From: Candidatus Latescibacterota bacterium
Lineage (GTDB): Bacteria; Latescibacterota; UBA2968; GCA-2709665
Direction of reading: 5' to 3'
Assembly: GCA_963667175.2 (NCBI GenBank)
Contig: CAXXXF010000018.1
Location: 256,001 to 320,000, forward strand
Length of the DNA: 64,000 bases
This document shows positions 49,801 to 59,780 of this stretch, piece after piece; position 1 is the stretch's first letter, and each line of letters opens with the position of its first letter. Made by a program: the position numbers and the translations under genes. The notes under the pieces are model-generated. The model did not search any database. It was given only the letters and a program-made list of their open reading frames with translations, and had not been told where the DNA came from.

Positions 49801-50493
49801 TCAGGAAACTCCCAGCTTTTCCAATGCCTCTTTCGCCGCCATCTGCTGAGCTGCTTTCTTGCTGCGGCCCGTTCCGAAGCCCATGCGTTCACCGCCGATC
49901 AGCACCTCAACATTGAACGTCTTGTGGTGGTCCGGTCCCTCTTCCGAACTGACCATATAACGGGGGTGACCCCGGCCTTCTCCCTGCGTATGTTCAAGAA
50001 GGGCGCTCTTGAAATTGAGGTGACTGTTGTTGGCGACAATCGCCTCGACGTTGCATAAGAGGTGGCGTTGTACGAAGGCATCCGCGGCCTTCAGGCCGCC
50101 GTCGAGATAGACCGCGCCGAGAATGGCTTCAAACGCGTCACCGATGATTGAGGTCCGGTCCCGGCCTCCCGCGAGGTCCTCTTCCTTGCTGAGAAGGACG
50201 TGGTGACCGAGGCTGATCGCCCGTCCCCGTTGCGCAAGAATGACCTTGCTGACAAGCACGGACTTGATCTGTGTGAGATCGCCTTCGCGTTTGTTCTGAA
50301 ATCTGCGATACAGGTTTTCGGTTACCAGCAAGTCCAGTACGGCGTCGCCCAGAAACTCCAGACGTTCGTTCGAAGCGATGCTCCCTTCGTCCATGGCGTA
50401 AGCGTAGGAGCGGTGTTTGATCGCCTGGACCAGGAGATCGGGATCCGAAAATCGATAGCCGAGTCTTTCCTGGAGTTCTTCCGGGGAATACAC
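49801..50493 (-). CDS. rnc: Ribonuclease III
   Basis: NERLEFLGDAVL signature and dsRBD (GPDH, SKKAAQQ). Confidence 0.97.
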   Translation of the reverse strand: MYSPEELQERLGYRFSDPDLLVQAIKHRSYAYAMDEGSIASNERLEFLGDAVLDLLVTENLYRRFQNKREGDLTQIKSVLVSKVILAQRGRAISLGHHVLLSKEEDLAGGRDRTSIIGDAFEAILGAVYLDGGLKAADAFVQRHLLCNVEAIVANNSHLNFKSALLEHTQGEGRGHPRYMVSSEEGPDHHKTFNVEVLIGGERMGFGTGRSKKAAQQMAAKEALEKLGVS

Positions 50494-50762
50494 TTCCCGG
50501 TCGCGTGCGAGCCAGCGCGCAACCGCGTGTTTTATTCTGACGAATTCGATAAGCTTCGCCCTCCGGGAGCCGCCTTCCGTTCGCTGTTACGGACGTGTGA
50601 AAGATCAACCGGGCAGATGTTCTTTCCGGGAATCCTGCCCGTGGAAATTCGTCCGCCAGGTCTTGCGAAACGTGCGCGATCCGGTCTGGCGACGTCCACG
50701 CCGCTGAACCGACGCCGCCACGTCTGCGTCGCGGCGTCAGACGAAGTCTCCGGCTCCGCGCC

Positions 50763-52022
50763 TTACCGGCCGTCGTATTCGCGCATGGCAAGCACCGCGT
50801 TGTGCCCGCCGAAGCCGAAGGAGTTGTTCAATGCCACCCGGACCGGCATTTCACGGGCCGCGTTCGGCACGTAGTCGAGATCGCACTCCGGGTCCGGGTG
50901 TTCGTAGTTGATGGTGGGAGGGACCCGGCCTTGATGAATGGCCAGGAGGCAGGCGATGCTCTCGATCGCGCCGGAGGCGCCCAGGAGGTGGCCCGTCATG
51001 GATTTGGTGGAACTGACCGCGGCTTGTTTCGCGTGATCGCCCAGGACCGACTTGATGGCCGCGGTTTCGGTCCGGTCGCCGATCGGAGTGGAGGTGCCGT
51101 GGGCATTGATGTAATCCACGTCTTCCGGGTTCAGTCCGGCCTGGTCCAGGGCGATTTTCATGGCCCTGGCGCCGCCTTCGCCGCCTGGCGCCATATCGGT
51201 AACGTGATACGCGTCGGCGGTGAACCCCGCGCCGGCGACCTCGGCGTAGATCCGCGCGCCCCGCCGGCGCGCGTGTTCCAGTTCTTCCAGGATGACTGTG
51301 CCGGCGCCCTCGCCGAGCACGAATCCGTCGCGTTCCACGTCGAAGGGCCGGCTGGCCGCCTGCGGATCCTCGTTGCGCGTGGACAGGGCTTTCATGGAGG
51401 CAAAGCCACCTACCGACATCGCGCTTACGGCCGCTTCGGCGCCGCCGGTGACCATGACGTCGGCCTCGTTGTGCCGGATCTCCCTGAACGCGCTTCCGAT
51501 GGCGTGCGCCGCGGACGAGCACGCCGATACCGTCGTGTAGTTCGGCCCCCTCGCGCCGAGCAGGATGGAAACCTGCCCGGAAGTCATGTCGGGAATCATC
51601 ATGGGAATGAAAAAGGGACTGATCCGTCGCGCGCCCTTTTCCATGAGGACGGTGTGCTGTTCTTCGAAGGTCCAGATGCCGCCGATGCCTGAACCGATGA
51701 CCACGCCCATGCGGTCGGGGTTCACGGCGTCCACGTCCAGGTCCGCGTCCGCGACCGCCATCTTCGCGCAGCAGACGGCGTACTGGGTGCACAGGTCGTT
51801 TCTCCGAACCAGTCTCCGGTCGAGGCCGAACCGGTTCGGGTCGAAATCCTTCAATTCGCCTGCGAACGTGACCCGGAACCCGGCCGGATCGAAACGTCTG
51901 ATGCGATCCACGCCGCTTTCGCCGTTGAGCAACGCGTCCCAGTAGGCGTCGGTGTTCAGTCCGTTCGGCGCGAGCACGCCGAGGCCCGTCACGACAACCC
52001 TTCGATTTCCGTCCAAGGGCAC
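50763..52022 (-). CDS. fabF: 3-oxoacyl-ACP synthase II
   Basis: SACSS, NAHGTST, GHLLGA, NSFGFGG. Confidence 0.97.
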   Translation of the reverse strand: MPLDGNRRVVVTGLGVLAPNGLNTDAYWDALLNGESGVDRIRRFDPAGFRVTFAGELKDFDPNRFGLDRRLVRRNDLCTQYAVCCAKMAVADADLDVDAVNPDRMGVVIGSGIGGIWTFEEQHTVLMEKGARRISPFFIPMMIPDMTSGQVSILLGARGPNYTTVSACSSAAHAIGSAFREIRHNEADVMVTGGAEAAVSAMSVGGFASMKALSTRNEDPQAASRPFDVERDGFVLGEGAGTVILEELEHARRRGARIYAEVAGAGFTADAYHVTDMAPGGEGGARAMKIALDQAGLNPEDVDYINAHGTSTPIGDRTETAAIKSVLGDHAKQAAVSSTKSMTGHLLGASGAIESIACLLAIHQGRVPPTINYEHPDPECDLDYVPNAAREMPVRVALNNSFGFGGHNAVLAMREYDGR

Positions 52023-52166
52023 CTTCTCTCAAATGCCAATGTTCGCGTCGGCGCGAACTCCTGTCAGATCCTGTCCTTCCGCCGCGGTCGCGTTACCGCT
52101 CGCACGGCTGGCGCTCGCCTCCAGATTGCCGGCGCGACGTGACATGGCTGCCGCCTGAGCGGCAGG

Positions 52167-52409
52167 CTATTCGTTGAGGCGTTGATTGAGATAATCCGTG
52201 ACGTCGCTTACAGTTTCCAGTTTTTCGGCGTCTTCGTCCGGCACTTCCATATCGAATTCCTCCTCGAAGGCCATCACAAGTTCCACCGTGTCGAGTGAAT
52301 CCGCGCCCAGATCATCTATGAAATGGGCTTCCGGAGTGACGCTGTCGGCGTCAACGCCCAACTGGTCTACGATAAGATCGACGACTTTCTGCTGAATATC
52401 TTCAGCCAT
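52167..52409 (-). CDS. acpP: Acyl carrier protein
   Basis: [14 protein letters not shown]. Confidence 0.98.
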   Translation of the reverse strand: MAEDIQQKVVDLIVDQLGVDADSVTPEAHFIDDLGADSLDTVELVMAFEEEFDMEVPDEDAEKLETVSDVTDYLNQRLNE

Positions 52410-52528
52410 GGCAATGATTTCCCTCCTTTGTGGCGAACGGCGAACACCCGCGAGCCGGCGGGCGCAACCCTCCGTTCACGTCTGTCGTCATACGGTTCAC
52501 GTTTGACTTGCTGTGCCTTGACAATACA

Positions 52529-53275
52529 CTACATCACCAACCCGCCGTCCACCACCAGGACCTGCCCCGTGACGTATGCGGCGTCGCTCGATGCCAGAAA
52601 TGCGACCGCCGCCGCGATATCTTCGGGTTTCCCCGGCGTGCCCAGCGGAACCTGTTCAAGTATCTTTTCTTTTAGATTTTCAGGGAGTTTTTCCGTCATT
52701 TCGGTAGGAATATATCCAGGCGCGACCACGTTGGCGGTAATACTCCTGCCGGCCAGTTCCTTTGCGGCCGTCTTCGTCAGGCCGATCAGTCCTGACTTTG
52801 CCGCCGTATAGCCGGCCTGTCCGGGGTTGCCGATGAGTCCCGTTACGGACGAGATATTGATGATTCGCCCGGACCGGGCCCTCATCATCGGCCGCACGGC
52901 CGCCTGCATGCACAGGAACGCCCCCTTCAGATTGACGTCGAGAACGGCGTCCCAGTCGTCGGGTTTGAGTCGCATCAGCAGCCCGTCGCGGGCGATTCCG
53001 GCATTGTTGACGAGAATGTCCAGGGCGCCCCAGCGATCCAGGACGGACTTGAAGAGGGTTTTGACGTCGGCCGGGTTCGCAACGTCCGCCTGCAGGGCGA
53101 GCGCGCTGCCGCCGCGCCCCTCGATGGCTTCGGCTACAGCCTCCGCGCGGTCGAGGCTCCGGCTGGCGCAGACCGCCACCCTGGCGCCTTCGTCCGCCAG
53201 CCGGTTGGCGATGGCTTCGCCGATCCCGCGGGACCCTCCGGTGACGATTGCGATCCTGTCCTTCAGGCGATTCAT
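52529..53275 (-). CDS. fabG: 3-oxoacyl-ACP reductase
   Basis: TGGSRGIG, NNAG, YTAAK. Confidence 0.96.
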   Translation of the reverse strand: MNRLKDRIAIVTGGSRGIGEAIANRLADEGARVAVCASRSLDRAEAVAEAIEGRGGSALALQADVANPADVKTLFKSVLDRWGALDILVNNAGIARDGLLMRLKPDDWDAVLDVNLKGAFLCMQAAVRPMMRARSGRIINISSVTGLIGNPGQAGYTAAKSGLIGLTKTAAKELAGRSITANVVAPGYIPTEMTEKLPENLKEKILEQVPLGTPGKPEDIAAAVAFLASSDAAYVTGQVLVVDGGLVM

Positions 53276-54192
53276 ATCGCAAGACTTTCCAGGTCGGGAA
53301 GGGTTCCGACCGACGAAACGGCGACGCGCCTGTCGATGCGTCGCATCAGGGCCTTGAGCGTATTGCCCGGTCCGGCTTCAATCGCCCGGTCCACGCCTTC
53401 CGAAACCAGACGCGCCATGGACTCCGTCCATCGGACGGGTGAAATCACCTGTCTGATCAGAAGGTCTTTGAGCAGGTCCGGATCGGTCGTGGGTTCGGCC
53501 GTCGTGTTCGGCACGACGGGGATGCGCGCCGGCGTGAATGGGACGTTCGCGAGGGCGCCCTCCAGCGTGCCCAGAGCGGATTGCATGAGCCCCGAGTGAA
53601 AAGCGCCGCTGACCTGGAGTTCTACGACCCGCCGGGCGCCTTCGTCCGACGCCTTCTGCATCGCCCGTTTCACGGCGGTCGGTTCTCCCGAAATGACGAC
53701 CTGGCCGGGGCAGTTGAAGTTGGCGGGCACGACCACGACATTGGGACCCAGCGAGTTGCAAAGGTCCACGACCGCGCTGTCGCTCTGACCGATGATGGCC
53801 GCCATGGTGCCGGGGTGCATCTTCCCCGCGGCATGCATGGCCCGCCCCCGGAGCCCGACGATCCGGACGCCGTCTTCCAGAGACATCACACCGGCGGCGA
53901 CCAGCGCCGCCAACTCGCCCACGCTGTGTCCGGCCACGAAATCGGGGTGGATGCCCCGGTCCTTCAGAATTTCAAATACCGAGACGCTGTGCGCGAAGAT
54001 GGCCGGCTGCGTGATGGCCGTTTGTTTCAGGGATTCTTCCGGGCCGTCGAAACAGAACGTCTTCAGCCCCGTCTCGGAGATCCGGTCCGTCAGATTGAAC
54101 ACGTACTGGGCGATCGGGGAGGCAGTGTAAAGATCGCTGGCCATCCCCACGTATTGCGCCCCCTGGCCGGGGAATAGAAAAGCTAAGGACAT
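53272..54192 (-). CDS. fabD: Malonyl-CoA:ACP transacylase
   Basis: FPGQG, GHSVG, AFHS. Confidence 0.96.
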   Translation of the reverse strand: MSLAFLFPGQGAQYVGMASDLYTASPIAQYVFNLTDRISETGLKTFCFDGPEESLKQTAITQPAIFAHSVSVFEILKDRGIHPDFVAGHSVGELAALVAAGVMSLEDGVRIVGLRGRAMHAAGKMHPGTMAAIIGQSDSAVVDLCNSLGPNVVVVPANFNCPGQVVISGEPTAVKRAMQKASDEGARRVVELQVSGAFHSGLMQSALGTLEGALANVPFTPARIPVVPNTTAEPTTDPDLLKDLLIRQVISPVRWTESMARLVSEGVDRAIEAGPGNTLKALMRRIDRRVAVSSVGTLPDLESLAI

Positions 54193-54238
54193 ATAGGTCT
54201 GCGTGTGGCGTCCTGCGACCGGCTCCGGAATGACAGCA

Positions 54239-55234
54239 TCAATAGGCCCATTTCAAGAGGGCGCTGCCCCAGGTGTACCCGGCCCCGGCGCTGGCCAGAA
54301 CGATATAGTCGCCCTGCCTGACGCGGTTCTGTTCGACGGCTTCGGAAAGGGCGATGGGGATGGTGCCGCAGGTGGTGTTGGCATAACGATCGATGTTGAC
54401 GAGAACCCGTTCCGGCGCCAGCTTCATCCGGCGGGCCGTGGCATCGATGATTCGTCTATTCGCCTGGTGAGGCACGAGCAGGGCGATATCGTCGCCGCTG
54501 AGCCCGTTCCGCTTGAGCAGATCGGCTGACACCGCGGCCATGCTGCTGCTGGCGAACTTGAGCACGCGCGGCCCGTCCTGTTGAACGTAGTGCATCTTCC
54601 TGTCCACCGTTTCGTGGCTGGCCGGACGAAGGCTGCCGCCGGCCGGCTGGCAGAGGTATTTGCCGCCCGATCCGTCCACGTTCAGGATAAAGTCCCTGAT
54701 GCCGGACCCGGAATCGTCGGGTTCCAGGAGGACAGCGCCCGCGCCGTCTCCGAAGAGGACGCAGGTTTCCCGGTTCGTGTAGTCGACGACCGAACTCATC
54801 TTGTCGGATCCGATGACAACCACTTTGCTGTGGGCGCCGCTTTCGACGAACTGACCGCCCACGACCAGCGCGTACAGGAACCCGCAACACGCGGCGGAAA
54901 GGTCGAATCCCCACGCGTTATCGGCCCCCACCTCGTGCTGTACCAGACACGCGGTGGCAGGATAAATCATGTCCGGGGTCACCGTTGCGACGATGATCAG
55001 ATCAATTTCACGTGCATCCAGGTCTCTCTGTTCGAGCAGCGCCTCCATCGCCCGCGTGGCCATATGTGAAGCGCCCAGGCCGTCGTCGAGGATGCGGCGC
55101 TCTACGATACCCGTTCGCGTTCGAATCCATTCGTCCGTGGTATCTACCATCTCTTCAAGTTCGGCATTCGTCAGCCGGCGTTCGGGGAGAAAGCGGGAGA
55201 CGCCGGTGACGGCAGCATTGACTTTTTTATTCAT
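54239..55234 (-). CDS. fabH: 3-oxoacyl-ACP synthase III
   Basis: WIRTRTGI, AACCGF, FGDGAGA, HQAN. Confidence 0.96.
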   Translation of the reverse strand: MNKKVNAAVTGVSRFLPERRLTNAELEEMVDTTDEWIRTRTGIVERRILDDGLGASHMATRAMEALLEQRDLDAREIDLIIVATVTPDMIYPATACLVQHEVGADNAWGFDLSAACCGFLYALVVGGQFVESGAHSKVVVIGSDKMSSVVDYTNRETCVLFGDGAGAVLLEPDDSGSGIRDFILNVDGSGGKYLCQPAGGSLRPASHETVDRKMHYVQQDGPRVLKFASSSMAAVSADLLKRNGLSGDDIALLVPHQANRRIIDATARRMKLAPERVLVNIDRYANTTCGTIPIALSEAVEQNRVRQGDYIVLASAGAGYTWGSALLKWAY

Positions 55235-55290
55235 AGGCAAGGGTTACGATTCAGGGAATGGCGGACGGGTGGCGCGGCCGGGGCCGGCAA

Positions 55291-55473
55291 TCAGACGCTT
55301 TCGCCTTCGGTGACCTCGCGGCCGTTGTATTGTCCGCAGTTGGCGCAAACCCGGTGAGGCCTGCGCGGCTGCCCGCAGTTGGGACAGGCGGAGAAAGCGG
55401 GGCTCCTCAGCTTCCAGTGCGTACGCCGTTTACCGGTCCTGGAATTGGAACTTCTGCGTTTAGGGTGCGCCAT
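55291..55473 (-). CDS. rpmF: 50S ribosomal protein L32
   Basis: [22 protein letters not shown]. Confidence 0.97.
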   Translation of the reverse strand: MAHPKRRSSNSRTGKRRTHWKLRSPAFSACPNCGQPRRPHRVCANCGQYNGREVTEGESV

Positions 55474-55487
55474 TTCGATGTGCTCCT

Positions 55488-56000
55488 TCAGGATTGCTCT
55501 TTAAGTGCCCTCAGGGCCTCCCAACGGGGATCGATCCGGATTGAGGTGCAGTTACACTGCGTAAGGTTGAGGTTTTCGCCGCAGGTCGGGCAGAGCCCCT
55601 CGCAGGACGACTTGCACAGGGGATTCAGAGGCATCTCGAGCAGGATATAGTCCTTGATCTCCTCGCCAAGGTCCACCTTGTCTCCGGACTCATCCAGAAA
55701 GATGAGCGTTTCGTCTTCATCGTCCTTCATGGCTTCCGGCCGGCTCTTCTGAAACACGAACCTGAAGTCGCACGCGAGTGAGAACGAAACGGGCTCCAGG
55801 CACCTCACGCACTCGAGACGCAGGTCGGCGCGCGTCTCGCCGCTTGCGGAAATGGACTCGCCCAACTTGACGAATTCGATGCGCGTCTTGATAGGGCCGA
55901 CGAACTGCAGGTCCTCATCCTGAATATGCAGTTCGTCGGGTGTCTCTTCCCAGTCGAGACTGGCCGTTCCGTCCTCGAGTTCGTTGAGCGCGACGATCAT
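55488..56000 (-). CDS. yceD: YceD/DUF177 protein
   Basis: [28 protein letters not shown]; adjacent to rpmF. Confidence 0.92.
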   Translation of the reverse strand: MIVALNELEDGTASLDWEETPDELHIQDEDLQFVGPIKTRIEFVKLGESISASGETRADLRLECVRCLEPVSFSLACDFRFVFQKSRPEAMKDDEDETLIFLDESGDKVDLGEEIKDYILLEMPLNPLCKSSCEGLCPTCGENLNLTQCNCTSIRIDPRWEALRALKEQS

Positions 56001-56172
56001 TCAGAAGATCCGTTGGGCCACGAGTTTCAGATCACAGCAGTATCGGCATTATCTGCTACGGGTTCGTACTATCCAAGAATCCAAGTCCCAGCGCAACGAG
56101 AGGTTGTATGTGGGGTTAGGTTAATGCAGCGAGTAAATTGCGTTTTCAATCACCTGAGAAATCGCTAAACGT

Positions 56173-57024
56173 CTAAGGTTCTTTGCGCCGGAAGTCTTTT
56201 AGTGGTCGACCATTCTTATCCTTCCACGCTCTATTTCCATTGGTCCTGCCTCCCAATAGAACACCGGCTGCCGTAGACGGGGACGCAAATGGGTGATCCT
56301 TAGTGAATTTGTACTTGTCCCCGCTCGCCTCAAGGATTTGGTCCTTTTCAATCAATTGCCGCCGAAGTTCAGAAAGTGATCGAGATATCGATCCAACTTC
56401 CTCCGTGACGGCTAGGGATCCGGCCCGGACAACGAACCTTTCTCCATCAATATAGCATCTCGCCGTTATTCCTTTGGAATTGAGAAAGAGTTCCTTAATC
56501 TCAGGTTTGGGTGGCTCTCCGAAGACATCTATCCCAACGAAAGGAAGACACAATAACATTTCATCCAGATAGGACTCCGCAAGCGAGATATCCGATTCTG
56601 ATAGCGCAGGAGGCCTAGGGTCATTTTTGTTAATTGGATTGCAGCGCCGTGACTCTTTGGCCAGTTCCACTAATTTCGCTTCAAGGTGTTTGAAATGGGC
56701 GTTGTTCAGGATCTTACCTTGGCTTGTGAAAACGACGCCACGGCTCCACGATAATTTTACGCTGTTCGCTTGTACTTGCAGCCTCTCATTCAACGTGCCA
56801 CTGGAACCAATATAAATGGACGGCTGTTGATCGACTGTGGCGTCATTCCAAAGTACATATACCCCACTTTCGGTAAGCTTGAATTGCCTTAGGACTGAAG
56901 TCAATACCGAACGACTAAATACCAGACCCTGACCAGTCCAGCCAGGTTTGACGATCCTGCGCGTGTTTTCCAACTTGCCAGAGTATACGTGTATCCTCAC
57001 TTCGTAACTTTGTCGTACACGCAT
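56173..57024 (-). CDS. GIY-YIG nuclease + DUF4357 protein
   Basis: GVYVL..IYIG, LEAKL, FASPSTAAGVLLG..NG..WKD; lower GC than its neighbours. Confidence 0.85.
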   Translation of the reverse strand: MRVRQSYEVRIHVYSGKLENTRRIVKPGWTGQGLVFSRSVLTSVLRQFKLTESGVYVLWNDATVDQQPSIYIGSSGTLNERLQVQANSVKLSWSRGVVFTSQGKILNNAHFKHLEAKLVELAKESRRCNPINKNDPRPPALSESDISLAESYLDEMLLCLPFVGIDVFGEPPKPEIKELFLNSKGITARCYIDGERFVVRAGSLAVTEEVGSISRSLSELRRQLIEKDQILEASGDKYKFTKDHPFASPSTAAGVLLGGRTNGNRAWKDKNGRPLKDFRRKEP

Positions 57025-57190
57025 AACACTATCCTTCGGCGATTCTTAAGTTAACCTCATGTGAGCAGAGAATCCGTACAACTTAATGGGTATATTTCAG
57101 AATTCCTCACGGTATGATTAGACTCTCTATTGCTCGTTGCTGATAAATCAAGGCTAACTGCAGGTCTGGGGACTTGTGTTTCAGCGGTGA

Positions 57191-58417
57191 TTATGCCACC
57201 TCTTGCCGGGCATTGACGGGACATCCTGCTTCTGGCAACGACACGAGCCCCTTGTTCTTAATTTCCTCCCAAATCTTACCAACACCACATGCGAGTTCTT
57301 CAACGTACTCAGCCCTTGTTTGTTCGTTCGCAAGCAACTCAAGGTGCTCTCGATTCGGATGCCTGAGATTCGGATTCAGGTCCGTCGGTTTCCAACACAA
57401 CCACGGCCATTTGTTGTTTTTGGCCCCTCCCGCGAATCCCTCAAGTTGGTGCCTTATCTTGTTGTACTCATCTGGATCACTAGCCTGCCAACAATTAACG
57501 CCAAAGAAAATATGATGATCAACCTCAATACCCAGCTTTGCACCTGGACTAAAGGGAAAATACAGGCCGTGCCATTTGTAATTCCTCTTAAATGTGACGA
57601 AGCGCCGAATTCTACCGCGGGTAATATCGGTGGGTTCGCCACTGTCGGGAAGATCTGTCGTTTTCTTTATCCTGTCTTCAATCTCGTGCCACAATTTTTC
57701 CAAAAGTAAGATTCTCGCTTCAGTTATTGCACTGGTCAAGTCATGAACGAGTACGAGGTTTTCCTCTTTCAGGCAAAGATCCCTTAATTCCGTCAAATAC
57801 GCCTTACTCATGTTCGTCCCAGTCAACTGACCAACTAAATGCCGATATTGTGCAATTGATTCCCGCAATTCTGGCTCGTCAAATGCCCGTTTCTGGCATC
57901 TTTCCAGCCAGGGACGAATGTCGTCCCTGTACGAGATGCATCTAACGTCAAGATCGCCTTTGCTGTGTTCCTCGGGTTCGTGGCCGTCAAGTGTCAGGTA
58001 TAGCAGATGTGCCTTTTTGTAGCCTGCCTTCAACTGATCTTCGGCATATCTCAGGAGTTGCTCTGGTTGATCCGCCGCCCAGATTTTATTCTCTATTACA
58101 ACTGACTGCTTGGCTCGGGGATCTCGAATCAAGATATCGACGTTGTCACGCTCTCTTTCGACAATTGCATGGTCTTCGTCGAGTCCGTCAATACCTACGG
58201 CGCACAGAAAATCCTCGAGATTGTCCCGGGTCGCGGCATGGGGATTCCGATAGCTGAGCAGCGCGTGGAGAAACCGGGAATGGAGATTCACCTCGTCGTG
58301 AGTGCTTCGGAGTACCGAGAACACATTGAAAGGTTTCGGTCGGCCAGTTTCGTGTTTCTCGTAAAGCCTTCCCGCTTCCGCCAACAACAGCCTAAAATCG
58401 TTGATGGTGCACGGCAT
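57191..58417 (-). CDS. PD-(D/E)XK nuclease (PDDEXK_4-like)
   Basis: FNVF..EVNLHSRFL, DILI..VIENKI..DQPEQLLRY, YLTLDG. Confidence 0.85.
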   Translation of the reverse strand: MPCTINDFRLLLAEAGRLYEKHETGRPKPFNVFSVLRSTHDEVNLHSRFLHALLSYRNPHAATRDNLEDFLCAVGIDGLDEDHAIVERERDNVDILIRDPRAKQSVVIENKIWAADQPEQLLRYAEDQLKAGYKKAHLLYLTLDGHEPEEHSKGDLDVRCISYRDDIRPWLERCQKRAFDEPELRESIAQYRHLVGQLTGTNMSKAYLTELRDLCLKEENLVLVHDLTSAITEARILLLEKLWHEIEDRIKKTTDLPDSGEPTDITRGRIRRFVTFKRNYKWHGLYFPFSPGAKLGIEVDHHIFFGVNCWQASDPDEYNKIRHQLEGFAGGAKNNKWPWLCWKPTDLNPNLRHPNREHLELLANEQTRAEYVEELACGVGKIWEEIKNKGLVSLPEAGCPVNARQEVA

Positions 58418-58431
58418 ATCCTGTCATTTAC

Positions 58432-58851
58432 CTATTCCGCCAGCACGTCCTCTCCGAAGAAGAACGCGATTTCGTCGTCGGCGGTTTCGGCTGAATCCGA
58501 CGCGTGCACGGCGTTTCGCTGTACGTTTGTCCCGAAGTCTCTGCGAATGGTGCCCTCGGCGGCCGCGGCCGAATCGGTGACGCCCACAATCTCCCGAAGG
58601 AGCAAAACAGCGTTTTTCCGCTCCAGCGCGACCGGCGCCACCGGGCCGGAAGTCATGAAATCGATCAGGCCGTCAAAAAAGGGCTGTCCCTCGTGAACGG
58701 CGTAGAACCGGGTCGCGTCCTCGTGCGTGAACCGCGTCATCTTCAGGTTCCGTATCCTGAACCCTCTGTCTTCCACGCGTTTGAGTATGGCGCCGATGGC
58801 GTTCCTGGAAACCGCGTCGGGTTTGATAATCAACAATGTGCGTTCCGGCAT
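58432..58851 (-). CDS. ndk: Nucleoside diphosphate kinase
   Basis: IKPDAV, GTIR, NAVHASDS. Confidence 0.97.
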   Translation of the reverse strand: MPERTLLIIKPDAVSRNAIGAILKRVEDRGFRIRNLKMTRFTHEDATRFYAVHEGQPFFDGLIDFMTSGPVAPVALERKNAVLLLREIVGVTDSAAAAEGTIRRDFGTNVQRNAVHASDSAETADDEIAFFFGEDVLAE

Positions 58852-58960
58852 CGGCGCTCGTGCTTTCCATCCGTGCTCGAGTGGTTAAGTTCGCGTATCA
58901 CGCTGAAGATGAAGAAGATAGATTTTCTCGCAAGCTTTGTCAATATCAAACTTCGAATTA

Positions 58961-59015
58961 TAGCTGTTAGCTGTCAGCTGTCAGCCATCAGCCAAGAGCG
59001 AAAGATCAAGAACCA
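58961..59015. repeat. Heptamer (TCAGCNN) array repeat
   Basis: AGCTGTTAGCTGTCAGCTGTCAGCCATCAGCCAAGAGCGAAA. Confidence 0.7.
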
Positions 59016-59121
59016 GAATCCGAAGTTCCCTGAATTCTCCGCCACCTGCGAGTATTGGGTCAGGCTTCAGCGAAAGCGCGGCGACGTCAGTTTACCGAAG
59101 TCCGCGCGGAAGACATCATTG

Positions 59122-59146
59122 GTAGGGGCGACCCTTGTGGTCGCCC
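59122..59146 (+). repeat. GTAG-type REP hairpin
   Basis: GTAGGGGCGACCCTTGTGGTCGCCC, identical copy at 59721-59745. Confidence 0.85.
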
Positions 59147-59165
59147 GTTTTTTGTTCCGCCGACG

Positions 59166-59510
59166 TCACGATTTGCTCAGCAGTGATCTCAGATGAAATC
59201 CCGCCACCGCGGCGAGTGCGGCGACAAGGCCGCCGATCAACGCCGTGAGCGCTACCAGCGCCGACGGGTGCGAGAAACCGGCGATACCCGCGATCTTCAC
59301 CGTGAGAATGCCGCCGGATTGAAGATGGATATAGCCGGCCGCGGCAAGCCAGAGGATGCCGGCGCCGCTGAAACCGGCGCCCAGCGCTTTCCAAGCCGAC
59401 GGCGCTTTCCAGAAACCCGCCGCGAATCCTGGGAGGCCGATTCCCCACCATGGCAGCGCAAAGCCGGCGATAAGGCCAAATACGAGGACGTATAGCGCGG
59501 TTGAAATCAT
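59166..59510 (-). CDS. Small integral membrane hypothetical protein
   Basis: 114 aa, 3-4 hydrophobic segments, LPWW motif. Confidence 0.7.
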   Translation of the reverse strand: MISTALYVLVFGLIAGFALPWWGIGLPGFAAGFWKAPSAWKALGAGFSGAGILWLAAAGYIHLQSGGILTVKIAGIAGFSHPSALVALTALIGGLVAALAAVAGFHLRSLLSKS

Positions 59511-59515
59511 AAAGA

Positions 59516-59664
59516 AGCTATCAGCCGTCGGCTATCAGCAATCAGCTTGAAGCAAGAGCGAAAACCATAAACAAAATCCGTCGATATCCGCGTCGTCATG
59601 TCGCAAATCCAGACGGAACGCAGACCTCTTCCCCCAGCCCCCTCTCCCGGGGGGAGAGGGGGAG
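59516..59664. repeat. Composite repeat (heptamer array + spacer + CCCTCTCCC hairpin)
   Basis: Colinear similarity to 62217-62337. Confidence 0.8.
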
Positions 59665-59720
59665 GAAAAGCACGGGTTGGTCCACATTAATCATCCAATC
59701 CCAACGCTGGTACCTCAATT

Positions 59721-59745
59721 GTAGGGGCGACCCTTGTGGTCGCCC
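59721..59745 (+). repeat. GTAG-type REP hairpin
   Basis: Identical to 59122-59146. Confidence 0.85.
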
Positions 59746-59780
59746 GCCTGTCAGCGCGGAAACTTCTCACCTCGTGCTTC

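Noticed and set aside
56082-57176. Possible inverted repeats (CAAGTCCC.AG / GCAACGAG) around the GIY-YIG gene
   Set aside because: The matches are short and need a large gap, so they are not distinguishable from chance.
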